Source: Balanoglossus misakiensis (lineage: Eukaryota > Animalia > Hemichordata). Taken from it: a DNA stretch of 64,000 nucleotides. Where the stretch lies: positions 10,032,564-10,096,563 of the forward strand of contig CM082585.2 of NCBI GenBank assembly GCA_040954595.2, read 5' to 3'. A program made the position numbers and the translations under genes. This document shows, one piece after another, positions 56,201 to 64,000 of the stretch (position 1 is its first letter; each line of letters opens with the position of its first letter). The notes beneath the pieces are model-generated. The model saw only the letters and a list, made by a program, of their open reading frames with translations. It was not told where the DNA came from and did no database searches.

Positions 56201-59200
56201 GGTTTTTTTCAAAAATCGGCCAAATTTTGATTTTCCGCAAAGTCGAAAAATTGTCATTTTTTGATGATTTCCTGAGCTATAACCCATGGTTTTTTTCAAA
56301 AATCGGCCAAATTTTGATTTTCCGCAAAGTCGAAAAATTGTCATTTTTTGATGATTTCCTGAGCTATAACCCATGGTTTTTTTCAAAAATCGGCCAAATT
56401 TTGATTTTCCGCAAAGTCGAAAAATTGTCATTTTTTGATGGTTTTTTTTCAAAAATCGGCCAAATTTTGATTTTCCGCAAAGTCGAAAAATTGTCATTTT
56501 TTGATGATTTCCTGAGCTATAACCCATGGTTTTTTTCAAAAATCGGCCAAATTTTGATTTTCCGCAAAGTCGAAAAATTGTCATTTTTTGATGATTTCCT
56601 GAGCTATAACCCATGGTTTTTTTCAAAAAATGACCAAATTTTCAAAATTCGCAAACTCGAAAAATCGTCGATTTTTGACGATTTTCCTGAGCTATAACCC
56701 ATGATTTTTTCAAAATATGACCAAATTTTCAAAATTCGCAAAATCGAAAAATCGTCGATTTTTGACGATTTTCCTGAGCTATAACCCATGATTTTTTCAA
56801 AAAATGACCAAATTTTGATTTTCCGCAAAGTCGAAAAATTGTCATTTTTTGATGATTTCCTGAGCTATAACCCATGTTTTTTTTCAAAAATCGGCCAAAT
56901 TTTGATTTTCCGCAAAGTCGAAAAATTGTCATTTTTTGATGATTTCCTGAGCTATAACCCATGTTTTTTTTCAAAAATCGGCCAAATTTTGATTTTCCGC
57001 AAAGTCGAAAAACTGTCATTTTTTGATGATTTCCTGAGCTATACCCCATGTTTTTTTTTCAAAAATCGGCCAAATTTTGATTTTCCGCAAAGTCGAAAAA
57101 TTGTCATTTTTTGATGATTTCCTGAGCTATAACCCATGGTTTTTTTCAAAAAATGACCAAATTTTCAAAATTCGCAAACTCGAAAAATCGTCGATTTTTG
57201 ACGATTTTCCTGAGCTATAACCCATGATTTTTTCAAAAAATGACCAAATTTTGATTTTCCGCAAAGTCGAAAAATTGTCATTTTTTGATGATTTCCTGAG
57301 CTATAACCCATGGTTTTTTTCAAAAATCGGCCAAATTTTGATTTTCCGCAAAGTCGAAAAATTGTCATTTTTTGATGATTTCCTGAGCTATAACCCATGG
57401 TTTTTTTCAAAAATCGGCCAAATTTTGATTTTCCGCAAAGTCGAAAAATTGTCATTTTTTGATGATTTCCTGAGCTATAACCCATGGTTTTTTTCAAAAA
57501 TCGGCCAAATTTTGATTTTCCGCAAAGTCGAAAAATTGTCATTTTTTGATGATTTCCTGAGCTATAACCCATGGTTTTTTTCAAAAATCGGCCAAATTTT
57601 GATTTTCCGCAAAGTCGAAAAATTGTCATTTTTTGATGATTTCCTGAGCTATAACCCATGGTTTTTTTCAAAAATCGGCCAAATTTTGATTTTCCGCAAA
57701 GTCGAAAAATTGTCATTTTTTGATGATTTCCTGAGCTATAACCCATGGTTTTTTTCAAAAATCGGCCAAATTTTGATTTTCCGCAAAGTCGAAAAATTGT
57801 CATTTTTTGATGATTTCCTGAGCTATAACCCATGGTTTTTTTCAAAAATCGGCCAAATTTTGATTTTCCGCAAAGTCGAAAAATTGTCATTTTTTGATGA
57901 TTTCCTGAGCTATAACCCATGGTTTTTTTTCAAAAATCGGCCAAATTTTGATTTTCCGCAAAGTCGAAAAATTGTCATTTTTTGATGATTTCCTGAGCTA
58001 TAACCCATGGTTTTTTTTCAAAAATCGGCCAAATTTTGATTTTCCGCAAAGTCGAAAAATTGTCATTTTTTGATGATTTCCTGAGCTATAACCCATGGTT
58101 TTTTTCAAAAATCGGCCAAATTTTGATTTTCCGCAAAGTCGAAAAATTGTCATTTTTTGATGATTTCCTGAGCTATAACCCATGGTTTTTTTCAAAAATC
58201 GGCCAAATTTTGATTTTCCGCAAAGTCGAAAAATTGTCATTTTTTGATGATTTCCTGAGCTATAACCCATGGTTTTTTTCAAAAATCGGCCAAATTTTGA
58301 TTTTCCGCAAAGTCGAAAAATTGTCATTTTTTGATGATTTCCTGAGCTATAACCCATGGTTTTTTTCAAAAATCGGCCAAATTTTGATTTTCCGCAAAGT
58401 CGAAAAATTGTCATTTTTTGATGATTTCCTGAGCTATAACCCATGGTTTTTTTCAAAAATCGGCCAAATTTTGATTTTCCGCAAAGTCGAAAAATTGTCA
58501 TTTTTTGATGATTTCCTGAGCTATAACCCATGGTTTTTTTCAAAAATCGGCCAAATTTTGATTTTCCGCAAAGTCGAAAAATTGTCATTTTTTGATGATT
58601 TCCTGAGCTATAACCCATGGTTTTTTTCAAAAATCGGCCAAATTTTGATTTTCCGCAAAGTCGAAAAATTGTCATTTTTTGATGATTTCCTGAGCTATAA
58701 CCCATGGTTTTTTTCAAAAATCGGCCAAATTTTGATTTTCCGCAAAGTCGAAAAATTGTCATTTTTTGATGTTTTTTTTTCAAAAATCGGCCAAATTTTG
58801 ATTTTCCGCAAAGTCGAAAAATTGTCATTTTTTGATGATTTCCTGAGCTATAACCCATGGTTTTTTTCAAAAATCGGCCAAATTTTGATTTTCCGCAAAG
58901 TCGAAAAATTGTCATTTTTTGATGATTTCCTGAGCTATAACCCATGTTTTTTTTCAAAAAATGACCAAATTTTCAAAATTCGCAAACTCGAAAAATCGTC
59001 GATTTTTGACGATTTTCCTGAGCTATAACCCATGATTTTTTCAAAATATGACCAAATTTTCAAAATTCGCAAAATCGAAAAATCGTCGATTTTTGACGAT
59101 TTTCCTGAGCTATAACCCATGATTTTTTCAAAAAATGACCAAATTTTGATTTTCCGCAAAGTCGAAAAATTGTCATTTTTTGATGATTTCCTGAGCTATA

Positions 59201-62200
59201 ACCCATGTTTTTTTTCAAAAATCGGCCAAATTTTGATTTTCCGCAAAGTCGAAAAATTGTCATTTTTTGATGATTTCCTGAGCTATAACCCATGTTTTTT
59301 TTCAAAAATCGGCCAAATTTTGATTTTCCGCAAAGTCGAAAAACTGTCATTTTTTGATGATTTCCTGAGCTATACCCCATGTTTTTTTTCAAAAATCAGC
59401 CAAATTTTGATTTTCCGCAAAGTCGAAAAATTGTCATTTTTTGATGATTTCCTGAGCTATAACCCATGGTTTTTTTCAAAAAATGACCAAATTTTCAAAA
59501 TTCGCAAACTCGAAAAATCGTCGATTTTTGACGATTTTCCTGAGCTATAACCCATGGTTTTTTTCAAAAAATGACCAAATTTTCAAAATTCGCAAACTCG
59601 AAAAATCGTCGATTTTTGACGATTTTCCTGAGCTATAACCCATGATTTTTTCAAAAAATGACCAAATTTTGATTTTCCGCAAAGTCGAAAAATTGTCATT
59701 TTTTGATGATTTCCTGAGCTATAACCCATGGTTTTTTTCAAAAATCGGCCAAATTTTGATTTTCCGCAAAGTCGAAAAATTGTCATTTTTTGATGATTTC
59801 CTGAGCTATAACCCATGGTTTTTTTCAAAAATCGGCCAAATTTTGATTTTCCGCAAAGTCGAAAAATTGTCATTTTTTGATGATTTCCTGAGCTATAACC
59901 CATGGTTTTTTTCAAAAATCGGCCAAATTTTGATTTTCCGCAAAGTCGAAAAATTGTCATTTTTTGATGATTTCCTGAGCTATAACCCATGGTTTTTTTC
60001 AAAAATCGGCCAAATTTTGATTTTCCGCAAAGTCGAAAAATTGTCATTTTTTGATGATTTCCTGAGCTATAACCCATGGTTTTTTTCAAAAATCGGCCAA
60101 ATTTTGATTTTCCGCAAAGTCGAAAAATTGTCATTTTTTGATGATTTCCTGAGCTATAACCCATGGTTTTTTTCAAAAATCGGCCAAATTTTGATTTTCC
60201 GCAAAGTCGAAAAATTGTCATTTTTTGATGATTTCCTGAGCTATAACCCATGGTTTTTTTTCAAAAATCGGCCAAATTTTGATTTTCCGCAAAGTCGAAA
60301 AATTGTCATTTTTTGATGATTTCCTGAGCTATAACCCATGGTTTTTTTTCAAAAATCGGCCAAATTTTGATTTTCCGCAAAGTCGAAAAATTGTCATTTT
60401 TTGATGATTTCCTGAGCTATAACCCATGGTTTTTTTCAAAAATCGGCCAAATTTTGATTTTCCGCAAAGTCGAAAAATTGTCATTTTTTGATGATTTCCT
60501 GAGCTATAACCCATGGTTTTTTTCAAAAATCGGCCAAATTTTGATTTTCCGCAAAGTCGAAAAATTGTCATTTTTTGATGATTTCCTGAGCTATAACCCA
60601 TGGTTTTTTTCAAAAATCGGCCAAATTTTGATTTTCCGCAAAGTCGAAAAATTGTCATTTTTTGATGATTTCCTGAGCTATAACCCATGGTTTTTTTCAA
60701 AAATCGGCCAAATTTTGATTTTCCGCAAAGTCGAAAAATTGTCATTTTTTGATGATTTCCTGAGCTATAACCCATGGTTTTTTTCAAAAATCGGCCAAAT
60801 TTTGATTTTCCGCAAAGTCGAAAAATTGTCATTTTTTGATGATTTCCTGAGCTATAACCCATGGTTTTTTTCAAAAATCGGCCAAATTTTGATTTTCCGC
60901 AAAGTCGAAAAATTGTCATTTTTTGATGATTTCCTGAGCTATAACCCATGATTTTTTTCAAAAATCGGCCAAATTTTGATTTTCCGCAAAGTCGAAAAAT
61001 TGTCATTTTTTGATGATTTCCTGAGCTATAACCCATGGTTTTTTTCAAAAATCGGCCAAATTTTGATTTTCCGCAAAGTCGAAAAATTGTCATTTTTTGA
61101 TGATTTCCTGAGCTATAACCCATGGTTTTTTTCAAAAATCGGCCAAATTTTGATTTTCCGCAAAGTCGAAAAATTGTCATTTTTTGATGATTTCCTGAGC
61201 TATAACCCATGGTTTTTTTCAAAAATCGGCCAAATTTTGATTTTCCGCAAAGTCGAAAAATTGTCATTTTTTGATGATTTCCTGAGCTATAACCCATGGT
61301 TTTTTTCAAAAATCGGCCAAATTTTGATTTTCCGCAAAGTCGAAAAATTGTCATTTTTTGATGATTTCCTGAGCTATAACCCATGGTTTTTTTCAAAAAT
61401 CGGCCAAATTTTGATTTTCCGCAAAGTCGAAAAATTGTCATTTTTTGATGATTTCCTGAGCTATAACCCATGGTTTTTTTCAAAAAATGACCAAATTTTC
61501 AAAATTCGCAAACTCGAAAAATCGTCGATTTTTGACGATTTTCCTGAGCTATAACCCATGATTTTTTCAAAAAATGACCAAATTTTCAAAATTCGCAAAA
61601 TCGAAAAATCGTCGATTTTTGACGATTTTCCTGAGCTATAACCCATGATTTTTTCAAAAAATGACCAAATTTTGATTTTCCGCAAAGTCGAAAAATTGTC
61701 ATTTTTTGATGATTTCCTGAGCTATAACCCATGTTTTTTTTCAAAAATCGGCCAAATTTTGATTTTCCGCAAAGTCGAAAAATTGTCATTTTTTGATGAT
61801 TTCCTGAGCTATAACCCATGGTTTTTTTCAAAAATCGGCCAAACTTTGATTTTCCGCAAAGTCGAAAAACTGTCATTTTTTGATGATTTCCTGAGCTATA
61901 CCCCATGTTTTTTTTTCAAAAATCGGCCAAATTTTGATTTTCCGCAAAGTCGAAAAATTGTCATTTTTTGATGATTTCCTGAGCTATAACCCATGGTTTT
62001 TTTCAAAAATCGGCCAAATTTTGATTTTCCGCAAAGTCGAAAAATTGTCATTTTTTGATGATTTCCTGAGCTATAACCCATGTTTTTTTTCAAAAATCGG
62101 CCAAATTTTGATTTTCCGCAAAGTCGAAAAATTGTCATTTTTTGATGATTTCCTGAGCTATAACCCATGGTTTTTTTCAAAAATCGGCCAAATTTTGATT

Positions 62201-63447
62201 TTCCGCAAAGTCGAAAAATTGTCATTTTTTGATGATTTCCTGAGCTATAACCCATGGTTTTTTTCAAAAATCGGCCAAATTTTGATTTTCCGCAAAGTCG
62301 AAAAATTGTCATTTTTTGATGATTTCCTGAGCTATAACCCATGGTTTTTTTCAAAAATCGGCCAAATTTTGATTTTCCGCAAAGTCGAAAAATTGTCATT
62401 TTTTGATGATTTCCTGAGCTATAACCCATGGTTTTTTTCAAAAATCGGCCAAATTTTGATTTTCCGCAAAGTCGAAAAATTGTCATTTTTTGATGATTTC
62501 CTGAGCTATAACCCATGGTTTTTTTCAAAAATCGGCCAAATTTTGATTTTCCGCAAAGTCGAAAAATTGTCATTTTTTGATGATTTCCTGAGCTATAACC
62601 CATGGTTTTTTTCAAAAATCGGCCAAATTTTGATTTTCCGCAAAGTCGAAAAATTGTCATTTTTTGATGATTTCCTGAGCTATAACCCATGGTTTTTTTC
62701 AAAAATCGGCCAAATTTTGATTTTCCGCAAAGTCGAAAAATTGTCATTTTTTGATGATTTCCTGAGCTATAACCCATGGTTTTTTTCAAAAATCGGCCAA
62801 ATTTTGATTTTCCGCAAAGTCGAAAAATCGTCGATTTTTGACGATTTTCCTGGGCTATAACCCATGATTTTTTCAAAAAATGACCAAATTTTCAAAATTC
62901 GCAAACTCGAAAAATCGTCGATTTTTGACGATTTTCCTGAGCTATAACCCATGATTTTTTTCAAAAAATGACCAAATTTTCAAAATTCGCAAAGTCGAAA
63001 AATTGTCATTTTCGGATGATTTTCATGAGCTATAACCCATGGTTTTTTCGAAAAAATGAAGAAATTTTGAAAATTCGCAAAGTCGAAAAATTGTCATTTT
63101 CGGATGATTTTCATGAGCTATAACCCATGGTTTTTTTTCGAAAAAATGAAGAAATTTTGAAAATTCGCAAAGTCGAAAAATTGTCATTTTCGGATGATTT
63201 TCATGAGATATAACCCATGGTTTTTTCGAAAAAAATGAAGAAATTTTGAAAATTCGCAAAGTCGAAAAATTGTCATTTTCGGATGATTTTCATGAGCTAT
63301 AACCCATCGTTTTTTCGAAAAAATGAAGAAATTTTGAAAATTCGCAAAGTCGAAAAATTGTCATTTTCGGATGATTTTCATGAGCTATAACCCATGGTTT
63401 TTTCGAAAAAATGAAGAAATTTTGAAAATTCGCAAAGTCGAAAAATT
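41207..63447. repeat. 87-bp satellite DNA tandem array, ~22.2 kb, roughly 255 monomers, both ends inside the window
   Basis: Consensus ataacccatggtttttttcaaaaatcggccaaattttgattttccgcaaagtcgaaaaattgtcattttttgatgatttcctgagct; 88-89-bp B and C variants at the edges and in internal cassettes. Confidence 0.98.
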
Positions 63448-64000
63448 AATCACTGTTTTTTGGAAATAACACTCAGATCCAACTTAACTTTTTTAAAATT
63501 GTCACTTTTTTGTCAAATTTACGTAAAATGACGTATACAATAAATTTTCAAATATCTTCACACAGATTACATCGAACTTTATAAATATCAAAATACAAAC
63601 CACGCGCTTAGGTCTATTGCAAATACAAATGTACTACCAAAAGCTGTTTCTCATACAAACGAAATAAACTTACTCTGAAAATGTGAACCTTGAGAAAATA
63701 CAAATAATTTGTCTCATTGTCAAAAATGGACAATACGAGCACTTTTTGGTTGTTGGATATGGTTGAAATGGGGGTGGGGTGGGGGAACAAAATCTCGATT
63801 GTTTTCATTATGCACAAGTCAACTTATAAATTAGGTATTACATACTTTGTGCATTGTTTACTCAATTGCACCTTTTTCATTCTGACCGATTTAACAAAGA
63901 TCCAAATAATTAAAATGAGGTGGTAAAATCAGTGAAAAAATTGCACACTTCCCCTTTTTGCAAAATAAAACACACACACAACCCCCCCCCCCCCCACCAC

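Noticed and set aside
41889-62964. Giant ORFs (up to 1404 aa) on both strands with 29-aa repeats
   Set aside because: The 87-bp period is divisible by 3, so any stop-free frame repeats indefinitely. Frames are broken repeatedly by T-run slippage and 88-bp monomers, and there is no unique N/C-terminal domain or splice link. This is satellite, not a gene.
41207-63447. CRISPR-like array
   Set aside because: No unique spacers, monomers are contiguous and near-identical, no cas genes, eukaryotic context.
41040-63700. Satellite as the internal repeat of a TIR transposon or Helitron
   Set aside because: I could not find TIRs, a target-site duplication or a hairpin-CTRR end in the flanks by eye. 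A genome-wide flank comparison would be needed.

Overview
AT-rich, intron-rich animal genomic DNA. An invertebrate deuterostome is inferred from protein similarity and intron positions, not proven. Left to right, all on the + strand: (1) the terminal coding exon of an unidentified upstream gene (31-176); (2) a complete 26-exon tripeptidyl-peptidase II gene (TPP2, 679-16833, 1245 aa by my exon sum), with an in-frame basic cassette exon at the site of the known mammalian TPP2 splice insert; (3) a complete ~10-exon E2F dimerization partner gene (TFDP/DP, 20169-39413, ~533 aa), with a NAGNAG acceptor, a perfect E2F site near its start, candidate microexons and a 1.7-kb TTAA-flanked Kolobok-like element in intron 2; (4) a complete ~22.2-kb tandem array of an 87-bp satellite (~41207-63447, roughly 255 monomers), starting ~180 bp after the DP poly(A) signal. 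The array has mirror-symmetric old-to-young layers, nascent variable-length higher-order repeats, and monomers built from ~21-22-bp dyad-symmetric A/T-tract subunits. The giant ORFs in the track are artefacts of the 87-bp (29-codon) period. No prokaryotic-type system (CRISPR, operon) is present. The satellite architecture and the conserved alternative-splicing signals are the most notable features.
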